A stretch of 64,000 bases of DNA from Prolixibacteraceae bacterium (GTDB lineage: Bacteria; Bacteroidota; Bacteroidia; Bacteroidales; Prolixibacteraceae). Within the stretch, counting starts at the first letter, position 1. Every line of letters starts with the position of its first letter. The notes beneath the pieces were generated by a model. The model made no database searches. It had not been told where the DNA came from and was given only the letters and a program-made list of their open reading frames with translations. Below are positions 38,307 to 47,435 of this stretch, piece by piece. The position numbers were made by a program, and so were the translations under genes. The stretch is from contig JBAZGO010000010.1 in the NCBI GenBank assembly GCA_041652995.1, positions 32,018 through 96,017 on the forward strand, in the 5' to 3' direction.

Positions 38307-39056
38307 TTAAAGTCCCTTGTTGTGCTTTTTAATAAACAGCTCCAAAGCCATGGTCATCGAAGGAGCCTCGGCAGTTGGTGCTTCTATATCGAGCCTGAGA
38401 CCGGCATCGCGAACTGCTTTGGCAGTAGTTGATCCGAAGCAGGCAATCTTGGTTTCTTCTTGTTCAAACAGCGGAAAATTCTGCATAAGCGACTGAATTC
38501 CCGAAGGACTGAAGAATACCAGAATATCGTAATTTACCTCTTTGATGTCGGATAAATCGCTGCTCACCGTTTTATAAATGATGGCTTTGGTGTAATTGTA
38601 ACCCGATTTATCGAGCAACAAAAGAATGTCGGCCTGATTGACCTGCGAAACCGGCAGAAGGAATTTTTCGTCTTTGTGCTTTTTCATCACATCAATCAAA
38701 TCCGAGAATTTACCTGGACCGTAGAAAATTTTCCGTTTACGGTAAACGATGTATTTCTGCAAATAAAAAGCCGTGGCTTCCGAAATACAGAAGTATTTCA
38801 TGGTATCGGGTATAGTCAGACGCAATTCAGCACTGATTCTGAAAAAATGATCGATGGCAGTCCTGCTCGTAAAAATTACAGCACCATGATCTAAAATCTG
38901 AACTCTTGTCTGTCTGAACTCTTTAGCTGAAACACCTTCAACCTGAATGAAGGGGCGGAAATCAACCTGTACATTGTTTTTTTCTGCCAGATCAAAATAT
39001 GGTGATTTGGCCGTTTCAGGTTTGGGCTGCGAAACTAAAATTTTCTTGATCTTCAA
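38307..39056 (-). CDS. hemD: Uroporphyrinogen-III synthase (HemD-like, Bacteroidota type)
   Basis: TTG 39056 gives MKIKKILVSQPKP; FRPFIQVEG, IFTSRTAIDHFF, FFSPSGI. Confidence 0.85.
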   Translation of the reverse strand: MKIKKILVSQPKPETAKSPYFDLAEKNNVQVDFRPFIQVEGVSAKEFRQTRVQILDHGAVIFTSRTAIDHFFRISAELRLTIPDTMKYFCISEATAFYLQKYIVYRKRKIFYGPGKFSDLIDVMKKHKDEKFLLPVSQVNQADILLLLDKSGYNYTKAIIYKTVSSDLSDIKEVNYDILVFFSPSGIQSLMQNFPLFEQEETKIACFGSTTAKAVRDAGLRLDIEAPTAEAPSMTMALELFIKKHNKGL

Positions 39057-39088
39057 GGTAATTGCTTTTAAATTATTTCTTCCCCACT

Positions 39089-40069
39089 TCAAATCAACAA
39101 TAGGTTATAGATCAGAAGTATTGGTAAAAATTCAAGGGTACAAAGGTATAAAATCAAATATGAAATAGAAAATTGTTTTTTCAAGAAAATTTTAGCTCCC
39201 CGAACCAGCGATAAAATATAAAAAATAACGATTGTCAGTAAACCCAAAAACAAAACCGGTTCGGGCTGAGAGAAGGGCATAAATGCAACTACAGCCGACA
39301 AAGGAAGCAAAAATAATCCGAGAACACGGTTGTAAGAAGTTATGCTGAAAAGGTATTCCTGAACCTCCTGTTTGTTCTCAGTCAGCATGCCGATGAGGTA
39401 ATAAAGTATTCGTTTTGTCGTGAAATATCCGACCACGACTCCCAGGCAAATCAGATAAACGTAAAAGGATCGGGTGATTCCAAAATTTATTTTGTAGATG
39501 CCTAAAAACTGGTACCAGTAGAGAGCCATCACTGAATTAAAAATCAGATCGAGCCTGAACGACGCATGCAAAAGATTGAAATACCGCTCGCGAAACAACC
39601 GCGTAAACGTGGAATAATTTACGGTTGCCTGGAGAAGTTGGCTCAGGTATTTGTTGAAAATCAATCTGACGGTGGCAAAAAGTATAAACGCAATGACCAG
39701 AATTCCAACCAGCCAGTCGGGGTTTGTCCTTGCCAGTTTTTTCCCCGGAAATACAACTTCAACTCCTTTCAAAACGGTGTAAAGCGAATCGTAAGGAAGT
39801 GGTGTAAGCAAATCGCGTTTGTAATCGAATTTGGGCTCAAAAGCTTTTCTGAATTGCGACCATTCAGGATTTGCGCCAAACACGATTACGCTATCCGGAG
39901 CAATATAAACGGAACTTAAAGAGTCGGAAAAAGCCGGATCGTAAGGATCTAAGATCCGAAGCGAAAGTTGATTTTCACTAGTGTCGGAATCCAAAGTAAC
40001 TGCATTCAAATTCAGGTTGGAATTTACAGAGTCTGATTTGAATGGTTTCGATTGCATACTGCCGGCCAA
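39089..40069 (-). CDS. DUF4271 family membrane protein
   Basis: C-terminal TM block ending YLILYLCTLEFLP; usual DUF4271-hemD-rnpA context. Confidence 0.75.
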   Translation of the reverse strand: MAGSMQSKPFKSDSVNSNLNLNAVTLDSDTSENQLSLRILDPYDPAFSDSLSSVYIAPDSVIVFGANPEWSQFRKAFEPKFDYKRDLLTPLPYDSLYTVLKGVEVVFPGKKLARTNPDWLVGILVIAFILFATVRLIFNKYLSQLLQATVNYSTFTRLFRERYFNLLHASFRLDLIFNSVMALYWYQFLGIYKINFGITRSFYVYLICLGVVVGYFTTKRILYYLIGMLTENKQEVQEYLFSITSYNRVLGLFLLPLSAVVAFMPFSQPEPVLFLGLLTIVIFYILSLVRGAKIFLKKQFSISYLILYLCTLEFLPILLIYNLLLI

Positions 40070-40148
40070 TTGTATAAGTTTGTGGGCGCAAAAGTAGTGA
40101 TTAATAGCCTTTATTTTATCACCATCTCAAACGAAATCATTAAAATTA

Positions 40149-41108
40149 ATGCACATGCAATCCAATCCACTAAAGATATATCAGGCACCTCTTCAGGGCT
40201 TCACCGATTTTATTTTTCGCAAAGTTTTTGCTGAAAATTTCGGAGGAATCGACAAGTATTTTATCCCTTATTTGTCATACAGTAAAGGTCGCGAAATCAA
40301 AAGGTCGCAACTGAAAGAAGTATTTCCTGAAAATAATACGGCGATGCATGTGGTGCCGCAGGTTTTGTTTTCAGACCTGACCGAATTGTACGATTTAATT
40401 TCGATCCTGATCGAATACGGCTATTCCGAAATCAATCTGAACCTGGGTTGCCCGTACCCGATGGCAACCAACAAGGGTAGGGGAGCGGCCTGGCTCGAAA
40501 AACCGGATGCCTTGAACGAAGTGTTCCGGCAACTTTTTGCCCGCGAATTTCCGGCGAAATTTTCAGTAAAAATGAGGGCCGGTTTAACCAGCGACAAGGA
40601 AGCGGGTGCAATTTGGAATGTCCTGAATCAATTTCCTCTGGAAGAAGTCATTTTTCATCCCAGAACAGCCAGCCAGATGTACTCCGGGAAAGCCAATCCA
40701 CACCTTTTTGCCGAAGCTGTTCCCTTGGTGAATCACCCGATGATTTACAACGGCGACATTCTTTCAGAAACTGAATTTCAGGAAATAAAGGTCGTTTTGC
40801 CTGAACAACACCGCTGGATGATTGGGCGCGGTTTACTCATAAACCCGGCATTGGCATTGCAATTAAAGGGCGAAGTTCTGGAACCGAAACAACTTCGGAT
40901 GAGGATGAGGGAATTTCACGATCAGTTGCTCGAAGCGTATTCTTCCAGATTGGAAGGAAGCGGGCACATTCTGATGAAAATGAACCAGTTCTGGACCTAT
41001 TTCAGCGAGTCGTTCGAAAACCCGCACAAAGCCATGAAACTGGTGAAAAAATCGAGTAATCTGTTGAAATACAATGCTGCAGTCACCGAAATATTCAGGA
41101 ATTACTGA
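40149..41108 (+). CDS. tRNA-dihydrouridine synthase family protein
   Basis: APLQGFTD, NLNLGCP, SVKMR.G, HPRT, NGDI, MIGRG. Confidence 0.9.
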   Translation: MHMQSNPLKIYQAPLQGFTDFIFRKVFAENFGGIDKYFIPYLSYSKGREIKRSQLKEVFPENNTAMHVVPQVLFSDLTELYDLISILIEYGYSEINLNLGCPYPMATNKGRGAAWLEKPDALNEVFRQLFAREFPAKFSVKMRAGLTSDKEAGAIWNVLNQFPLEEVIFHPRTASQMYSGKANPHLFAEAVPLVNHPMIYNGDILSETEFQEIKVVLPEQHRWMIGRGLLINPALALQLKGEVLEPKQLRMRMREFHDQLLEAYSSRLEGSGHILMKMNQFWTYFSESFENPHKAMKLVKKSSNLLKYNAAVTEIFRNY

Positions 41109-41136
41109 AGGATTGAATTATGGAAGGACTGATTAT

Positions 41137-41166
41137 ACTGAAAACTGTGACTGAAAACTGAACACT
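41137..41166. repeat. Heptamer tandem array (ACTGAAA-type)
   Basis: ACTGAAA ACTGTG ACTGAAA ACTGAAC ACT. Confidence 0.7.
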
Positions 41167-41170
41167 AATT

Positions 41171-41323
41171 TTACGGGCAGTGTTCCTGTTCGTAAATTTC
41201 CATGATGGTTATTAGCTGTTCCAGTTCGTCGGCTTCGGGTGTGCCATCTTCTGCATCACAAATGTCTAAAAACCGTTTCAGTGCATCCCTGTATTCGTCC
41301 TCTGTAAAAAGTATCTGCTTCAT
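41171..41323 (-). CDS. 50-aa protein resembling the N-terminal helical hairpin of HigA-type antitoxins, without the HTH
   Basis: MKQILFTEDEYRDALKRFLDICDAEDGTPEADELEQLITIMEIYEQEHCP matches the I.TE.EY..AL.R...L.DA..GTPE.DEL..L..L...YE..H.P pattern. Confidence 0.65.
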   Translation of the reverse strand: MKQILFTEDEYRDALKRFLDICDAEDGTPEADELEQLITIMEIYEQEHCP

Positions 41324-41421
41324 CCCAAACATCATTTTTCCTTTCATAATGCAGATAATCAATTGGACGAAGGCTAATTCATAAATTTTAAACTCTGAAA
41401 TACCCGACCCAAATTTACAAA

Positions 41422-41452
41422 ACCTGAAATTTGGAATTCGGAACGTGAAACT
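41422..41452. repeat. Heptamer array after the polA stop
   Basis: ACCTGAAATTTGGAATTCGGAACGTGAAACT; 24/31 identical to 44252-44282. Confidence 0.65.
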
Positions 41453-41454
41453 CT

Positions 41455-44250
41455 TTAATGCGCATCCAGCCAATTTTCACCTGCGTTCATTTCAACAGTC
41501 AGCGGCACGCCAATGTTTACAGCATGTTCCATTTCATGTTTTACAATACTTTTCACTTTTTCGAGTTCCGGTTTCCAAACATCAAAATTCAACTCATCGT
41601 GTACCTGAAGGATCATTTTCGACCTTAGTTTCTGCTCATTCATGGCTTTCCAGATGTTCACCATCGCAATTTTAATCACATCGGCTGCCGATCCCTGAAT
41701 GGGCGCATTGATGGCATTTCGTTCGGCAACTCCGCGCACTACCGCATTCGACGAATTAATGTCAGTCAGGTAACGTTTTCGGCCCATAATTGTCTCCACA
41801 TATCCTTTATTCCGTGCATTTTCGATGCTCCGGTCCATGTATTTTTTGATGTCCGGAAAATTTTCAAAATAGCCGTCAATCAGTTCTTTTGCTTCGGTGC
41901 GCGGAATATTCAGTCGCTGCGACAACCCAAATGCCGAAATGCCATAAATTATCCCGAAGTTGGCGGTCTTGGCTTTCCGGCGCATGTCTGAAGTCACTTC
42001 TCCGGGCTGAATTTTGTAAATTTTGGAAGCGGTAATCGAGTGAATATCCTGGTTGTTCCTGAAAGCCTCCATCATTTGCCCGTCTTTGCTCAGGGCAGCC
42101 ATAATCCGCAACTCAATCTGCGAATAGTCAGCCGACAAAAACGTATGCTCGTCGTCAGAAGGAATAAAAGCTTTCCGGAGTTCGCGGCCATTTTCGTCAC
42201 GAATCGGAATATTTTGCAAATTCGGATTGGTCGAACTCAGGCGACCGGTTGCGGCGATTGCCTGGTTGTATGAAGTATGCAGTTTTTTAGTCTTCGGGTT
42301 AATCAATAATGGTAAAGCTTCCACATAAGTTGAAAGCAGTTTTTTCAAACCGCGGAATTCAAGGATTTTGGCAATAATCGGGTGTTTATCCTGAAGTTTT
42401 TCGAGCGTCTCCTCGGCAGTCGAATATTGTTTGGTTTTGGTCATTTTGGCATTTGGGTCGATCTTAAGTTTCTCGAACAGAATAACCCCAAGTTGTTTGG
42501 GCGACGAAACATTGAAGTTTTCGCCTGCCATTTCAATGATTTCCGCTTCAATATCGATAATTTGTTTACTTAAAACTCCGGCATAAACCTTTAATTCCGA
42601 AGTGTTTAAATTCACTCCGGAGATTTCCATATCGGCCAGAACGTAAATCAGCGGCATTTCAACTTCATTAAAAAGTTTGCGGGTTCCGGTTTTATCCAAA
42701 TCTTTTTCAATGACCAGTTTTAATTGCAAAGTCAGGTCGGCATCTTCACAGGCATAATCGCGCAGTTGTTCCAAATCGGCATCGCGCATGGTTTTCTGAA
42801 ATAAGCCTTTCCCACCAATGAGTGTGTCGGTCGTAATTTTTTTGAAATTCAGGTATTGTTCACACAGATCGTCCAGGTTGTGGCGCATTTCGGGCTGAAT
42901 CAGGTAATGCGCAATCATGGTATCGAACAGCGGGCCGCGGATTTCAAGCCCGTAATTTTTCAGGATAGAAAGATCGTATTTGATGTTCTGACCGATTTTC
43001 AGAATTTTTTCGTCGCCAAAAACGAACCGGAATTCGTGCACAATTTCGGTTGCTTTCTTTCGGTCGGCTGGCAAAGTCACACAATAAGCTTCATGGCTCC
43101 GGAACGAAAACGACATGCATACCAATTCGGCCGTCATTGTGTCGAGTCCGGTGGTTTCAGTATCAAAGCAAAATTCTTTTTGTACCGAAAGTTCGGCCCG
43201 TAAACTGGCGCGCTGTTCGGGTGTTTCAATCAAATAATACTGGTGCGGAACGGTATCGAAAGAGTCAAGATTTGTTGGTTCTGCGGGTTTTGCTTCAGGA
43301 GTTGGACCGGAGAAGCCAAACAGCGTACCCTGTTCAAATGGGGCCTCAGTTGCGGGTTTCGCTTTTTCTTCCTGTTTCCTGATCAGTTGCTTGAATTCGA
43401 GTTCAGTAAAAATTTCATTTAATTTCTGAAAGTTGGGCTGATTCATCACAATTTTGTCCTCGTCAAATTCAATCGGAACATCAAGAATGATTTCGGCCAG
43501 TTTTCGCGACAGGCGTACCTGCTGTTCAAATTCTACGAGGTTCTCCTTCAACTTTCCTTTCTGCCTTTCAATATTTTGGTAAAGTCCGTCAACTGATTTA
43601 AATTCAGAAATCAGTTTCATGGCTGTTTTGGGGCCAACACCGGGGCAGCCCGGAATATTGTCGGCCGTATCGCCCATCAGGCCAAGCACATCGATGACCT
43701 GCCAGGGGTTTTCCACCAAAAAGTTTTCCTGAACTTCAGGAATTCCCCATACTTCCGGTGCTTCGCCACCCCGCGACGGTTTGTACATGAAAATGTTTTC
43801 GGAAACCAGTTGCGCATAATCCTTGTCGGGCGTCATCATGTAAGTGGTGTAGCCCAATGTTTCTGCTTTTTTGGCCAAAGTGCCGATTACATCGTCGGCT
43901 TCAAAACCTGGTTTCTCCAGTATCGGGATGTGGTAAGCTTCAATAATTTTCCGGATGTATGGTATTGATTTTTGCAGATCTTCGGGCATTACCTCCCGGT
44001 TGGCCTTGTAGGCTTCAAACATTTCGTGCCTGAAAGTTGGTATGTTCAGATCGAAAACAACGGCAATATGTGTGGGATTTTGTTCCTTCAGCAATTGCTC
44101 CAGAATATTTACAAATCCAAGCATAGCCGACGTGTTCAGGCCTTTCGAATTGAACCGCGGATTTTTAATAAATGCAAAGTACGATCTGTAAATCAACGCA
44201 TACGCATCGAGCAAAAAAAGTCGTTTATCGGAATTGTTGTGTGCTGTCAT
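41455..44250 (-). CDS. polA: DNA polymerase I
   Basis: 5'-3' exonuclease (LLDAYALIYRSYFAF, FEADDVIGTLA), FDTETT, motif A ADYSQIELR, motif B RRKAKTANFGIIYG, motif C QVHDEL. Confidence 0.98.
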   Translation of the reverse strand: MTAHNNSDKRLFLLDAYALIYRSYFAFIKNPRFNSKGLNTSAMLGFVNILEQLLKEQNPTHIAVVFDLNIPTFRHEMFEAYKANREVMPEDLQKSIPYIRKIIEAYHIPILEKPGFEADDVIGTLAKKAETLGYTTYMMTPDKDYAQLVSENIFMYKPSRGGEAPEVWGIPEVQENFLVENPWQVIDVLGLMGDTADNIPGCPGVGPKTAMKLISEFKSVDGLYQNIERQKGKLKENLVEFEQQVRLSRKLAEIILDVPIEFDEDKIVMNQPNFQKLNEIFTELEFKQLIRKQEEKAKPATEAPFEQGTLFGFSGPTPEAKPAEPTNLDSFDTVPHQYYLIETPEQRASLRAELSVQKEFCFDTETTGLDTMTAELVCMSFSFRSHEAYCVTLPADRKKATEIVHEFRFVFGDEKILKIGQNIKYDLSILKNYGLEIRGPLFDTMIAHYLIQPEMRHNLDDLCEQYLNFKKITTDTLIGGKGLFQKTMRDADLEQLRDYACEDADLTLQLKLVIEKDLDKTGTRKLFNEVEMPLIYVLADMEISGVNLNTSELKVYAGVLSKQIIDIEAEIIEMAGENFNVSSPKQLGVILFEKLKIDPNAKMTKTKQYSTAEETLEKLQDKHPIIAKILEFRGLKKLLSTYVEALPLLINPKTKKLHTSYNQAIAATGRLSSTNPNLQNIPIRDENGRELRKAFIPSDDEHTFLSADYSQIELRIMAALSKDGQMMEAFRNNQDIHSITASKIYKIQPGEVTSDMRRKAKTANFGIIYGISAFGLSQRLNIPRTEAKELIDGYFENFPDIKKYMDRSIENARNKGYVETIMGRKRYLTDINSSNAVVRGVAERNAINAPIQGSAADVIKIAMVNIWKAMNEQKLRSKMILQVHDELNFDVWKPELEKVKSIVKHEMEHAVNIGVPLTVEMNAGENWLDAH

Positions 44251-44251
44251 A

Positions 44252-44282
44252 ACTTGAAACTTGGAATTTGAAACTTAGAACT
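44252..44282. repeat. Heptamer array filling the queD-polA spacer
   Basis: ACTTGAA ACTTGGA ATTTGAA ACTTAGA ACT. Confidence 0.7.
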
Positions 44283-44730
44283 ATTGATTGTCTTCAGCAA
44301 ACCATTCGGCAAACGAGTTGCTTGTTTCGTATAACCGAACGCTGAAAAGCACGATATGTTCAGGCAAAAGTGGTTTCACTTTTTCGGCGATATAGAGAAC
44401 CATATTTTCAGAAGTTGGCTGAAATGGAACAACATGGTGTCGCTCGTACATCTGGCCCAACTCGCTGAGTTTGTCGGTTGGCGCTTTTTCGTTGATCATG
44501 AGCGAATGATCCAACTGAGTGACAATATGCTGTTGGATGATTTTTTTCAGGATACTGAAATCGATCACCATTCCGTCTTTCGGACTTCCTGAATCCTGCA
44601 AAGGTTCGCCTATAACTGTTATCTGCCATTTGTACGAATGTACGTGAATGTTGCGGCAAAGCCCGTCGTAATTGAGCAGCGCATGCGACATCTCGAAACT
44701 GAATTGTTTGGTTACCCTAATTTTTGCCAT
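44281..44730 (-). CDS. queD: 6-carboxytetrahydropterin synthase
   Basis: FEMSHAL, C.NIHVHSY, GMVIDF, LDH, PTSEN, LYET. Confidence 0.9.
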   Translation of the reverse strand: MAKIRVTKQFSFEMSHALLNYDGLCRNIHVHSYKWQITVIGEPLQDSGSPKDGMVIDFSILKKIIQQHIVTQLDHSLMINEKAPTDKLSELGQMYERHHVVPFQPTSENMVLYIAEKVKPLLPEHIVLFSVRLYETSNSFAEWFAEDNQ

Positions 44731-44796
44731 AGTCTGTTTTTCCGGAGGTCGAAATTAGAAAAGTTGTTGCAAACCAGCTAACGAATTTTTAAGAAT

Positions 44797-44831
44797 AAAA
44801 AATCCGGTTCTTTTGAGGAAACCGGATTTTT
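44797..44831. terminator. Intrinsic terminator after the ArsR gene
   Basis: AAAAATCCGGTT...AACCGGATTTTT stem. Confidence 0.75.
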
Positions 44832-44848
44832 CAGCTAAAAAGGTTTTT

Positions 44849-45151
44849 TTACTCGCAGGTACAGCGTTGTAAACAGTCGACAATCTGGCTCAGAATATCG
44901 TGTTTCAAATAATAATACGTATTCTTTCCTTCACGGCGGGCACATAGCACACCTTTGTCTTTTAAAATACCCAAATGATGTGAAGTGGTAGATTGTTCGA
45001 TCCCCAAAAGTTCGTGAATTTCGGTAACTGTGAGTTTTTTACCACCTTCCAGGTGCTTTAAAATTGCAATTCGCATTGGGTGGGCAATGGCTTTTAACAT
45101 GCTGGCTGCCATTTCTAAACGATCGGCGTCTATTTCCTGAATATTTATCAT
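44849..45151 (-). CDS. ArsR/SmtB family transcriptional regulator
   Basis: LKAIAHPMRIAIL...LTVTEI...IEQSTTSHHL.ILK...RREGK. Confidence 0.92.
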   Translation of the reverse strand: MINIQEIDADRLEMAASMLKAIAHPMRIAILKHLEGGKKLTVTEIHELLGIEQSTTSHHLGILKDKGVLCARREGKNTYYYLKHDILSQIVDCLQRCTCE

Positions 45152-45353
45152 GGTTGAAATTTTAACAGATGCAAATATATGAATATTTAGTTTTCATTAT
45201 ACTGCTGCTTGTTTTAATTGTTAGTTTAGATTGTTTTTAAATAAATGGATATTAGTATTTTAGCTAATAATTGGTTAAAAAAGATCAATTGGTAATGATT
45301 TCCTGAAAAAGTGAATTAATTTTTTAATTTTGAAACACTCAAAAAAAGCCTTG

Positions 45354-46328
45354 ATGACCTCTTTGGATATTATAAAATCGCCTATTCAGGAAGAACTAAA
45401 AAGTTTCGAAAGTTACTTCAAAGAAGCCATTAAAAGCGACATTCCATTTTTGCAGATAATCATTCGTTACATTCTCCGGAAGAAGGGAAAGCAGATGCGC
45501 CCGATGTTTGTTTTCCTTTCGGCAAAAATGTGTGGCGAATTCAACGAAACGACCCATCTGGCAGCATCTTCAATCGAATTGCTGCACACGGCCACTTTGT
45601 TGCACGACGATGTGGTGGACGAATCCTACGAACGCCGTGGAAGTTTCTCGATAAACGCCCTCTGGAAAAATAAAATTGCGGTGTTGGTTGGTGATTTCAT
45701 CCTTGCCCGGGGATTTTTGAATACGCTTGATCGTAAGGAATACCGGTTTTTGCACCTTATTTCGCGGGCTGTAAAAGACATGAGCGAAGGCGAAATTTTA
45801 CAGATGCGCAAAAGCCGGAAACTGGATATCGACAACGAAACGTATTTTGAAATTATCCGGAAAAAGACAGCTTCGCTGATCGCAACCAGCATGGCCATTG
45901 GCGCGGCTTCGGTAACAAAAGACGATGAAGTCGTTGAAAAAATGTTCCGCATTGGACTCGATGTCGGAATTGCTTTCCAGATAAAAGACGATATTTTCGA
46001 TTACCAAAGCAAAGGCTTGCTCGGAAAACCAACCGGGAACGACATCAAGGAGAAAAAAATTACCCTGCCTCTTTTGTATATCCTGAACAACTGCGAGTCG
46101 GGCGAACGCGGCCGGATTTTAAGTTTAATCAAGCGTAAAAATAAAAATCAGGCAAAGGTTAAAGAATTGGTTGACCTGGTAGTAAGTCGCGGCGGACTGG
46201 AATATGCCGCAAAACAAATGAATGAATTCCGCGAAAAAGCCATTGCCGGAATCATGGAATTCCCGGAAAGCGAATCGCGGACTGCTTTGATTGAACTGGT
46301 AAATTATACTACAACACGGCAGAAATAA
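45354..46328 (+). CDS. ispB: Polyprenyl (octaprenyl-type) diphosphate synthase
   Basis: GKQMRP, LLHDDVVD...RRG, VLVGDF, KKTASL, FQIKDDIFD, GKPTGNDIKE.K.TLP. Confidence 0.9.
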   Translation: MTSLDIIKSPIQEELKSFESYFKEAIKSDIPFLQIIIRYILRKKGKQMRPMFVFLSAKMCGEFNETTHLAASSIELLHTATLLHDDVVDESYERRGSFSINALWKNKIAVLVGDFILARGFLNTLDRKEYRFLHLISRAVKDMSEGEILQMRKSRKLDIDNETYFEIIRKKTASLIATSMAIGAASVTKDDEVVEKMFRIGLDVGIAFQIKDDIFDYQSKGLLGKPTGNDIKEKKITLPLLYILNNCESGERGRILSLIKRKNKNQAKVKELVDLVVSRGGLEYAAKQMNEFREKAIAGIMEFPESESRTALIELVNYTTTRQK

Positions 46329-46349
46329 GTTGAATAAGAAAAGTTTATC

Positions 46350-46680
46350 AGTCATTCGAAAAATCGAGAGCCACTTTTCGAATGACTTATTCTTTCCTTT
46401 TTAAGACTACTCCGAAAAGTAGGTTCGTCATTTCCAGTTTTCATCCAATTTTTAATTGGGCACAATGGGAAGATGACAGGGGGAAGAAAGAAAAAACGCG
46501 ATTGAAAATCGCGTCACCCTTTTGGGTGCGGCGGTTTTTAACCGCCGAAAGGAATTTCTTTATAGAATCTGTCATAAGTAGTAGCGAAGGGGATGAAACA
46601 ATCTCCTGTAAATTAACAGATTGCTTCTTCCGGGAACTCGGGATCGTAATGATGCTCTTTGTTATTGATTTTTCGGAGTA
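46350..46680. repeat. Cluster of palindromic hairpins between convergent ispB and LCIB-family genes
   Basis: 13-bp stem 46350-46387; three abutting perfect hairpins 46496-46547; REP/RPE-like hairpin 46570-46654; 11-bp inverted repeat TACTCCGAAAA (46408) / TTTTCGGAGTA (~46670). Confidence 0.7.
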
Positions 46681-46689
46681 CGCTCAATT

Positions 46690-47385
46690 TTAGTCAACTT
46701 TCCTGAAAACCTTCTGCGAAAAATAGTTGGGCAAAGTTTCGTCGGTATTAATCACAATTCCGCCCAGAATATACACTGGAAATTTGTTCAGGAAAGTCGG
46801 ATGATTTCTGATGAGTTCAAGCATTTCCTTCTCGATTTCGTTGTAAACCAAATGAGTGGTTTTCAGGATCGGAACTTCAGCTTTTTGAATTTCGTCAACC
46901 ATCGGTAAAAGCCGTAATGCCAGAAATTCGGGCTGAAACTCGGAATAATCGGCTGGATCGATTTGATGAATCTTTGTGGAAAGGGCATGTTGCTGAACCA
47001 TCATCAAAGCCCCGCAGGTATTGGTGTGCCGGCTTTGGCCAACACGTTTAATTTTACCCACTTCGCCTGTTCTGGAAATCCCAATATGCGATCCAAAAAT
47101 GAACAGAGCCGCTCCGCCATCGGGAATATGGTCGGAAAAGGCTGTGAGGCCAATCTCGCCAACAAACGGATAGCCGGCCAAACCGCCCATGATGAAGGTT
47201 CCCTGAGAAGACGGAAGATTCATTTTGGCATGTTGATGATTGAGTTCGTCGAAACAAAATGAAGTGGCTATGATAATCCGGTTCATTTCTATTCCTTCGC
47301 GTTCAGCAATTTCCATTACTGCTGTGTGCGAAGCTTCCGACATGGTTGAAAATTCGTCGAAATATTGACTTATAATTTTTTGCAC
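46690..47385 (-). CDS. LCIB/LCIC family (theta-type, beta-like) carbonic anhydrase
   Basis: Motifs SFCFDE, FIMGGLAGYPF.G..G..AF..HIP..G, FGSHIGIS..GEVG...R.G, TCGAL, ILGGIVIN match the LCIB pattern (CRDE / F..GGL.G / HIAI...GE.G...R.G / CGAL). Zinc ligands Cys, His, Cys are present. Confidence 0.85.
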   Translation of the reverse strand: MQKIISQYFDEFSTMSEASHTAVMEIAEREGIEMNRIIIATSFCFDELNHQHAKMNLPSSQGTFIMGGLAGYPFVGEIGLTAFSDHIPDGGAALFIFGSHIGISRTGEVGKIKRVGQSRHTNTCGALMMVQQHALSTKIHQIDPADYSEFQPEFLALRLLPMVDEIQKAEVPILKTTHLVYNEIEKEMLELIRNHPTFLNKFPVYILGGIVINTDETLPNYFSQKVFRKVD

Positions 47386-47435
47386 AACTATTTGGTTTTA
47401 TGATAATTATTTAAATTTAGTTTTGATCGGATGTT

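Noticed and set aside
46382-46693. 103-aa plus-strand ORF
   Set aside because: It runs through the hairpin/REP cluster, overlaps the CA stop and has no recognisable motif.
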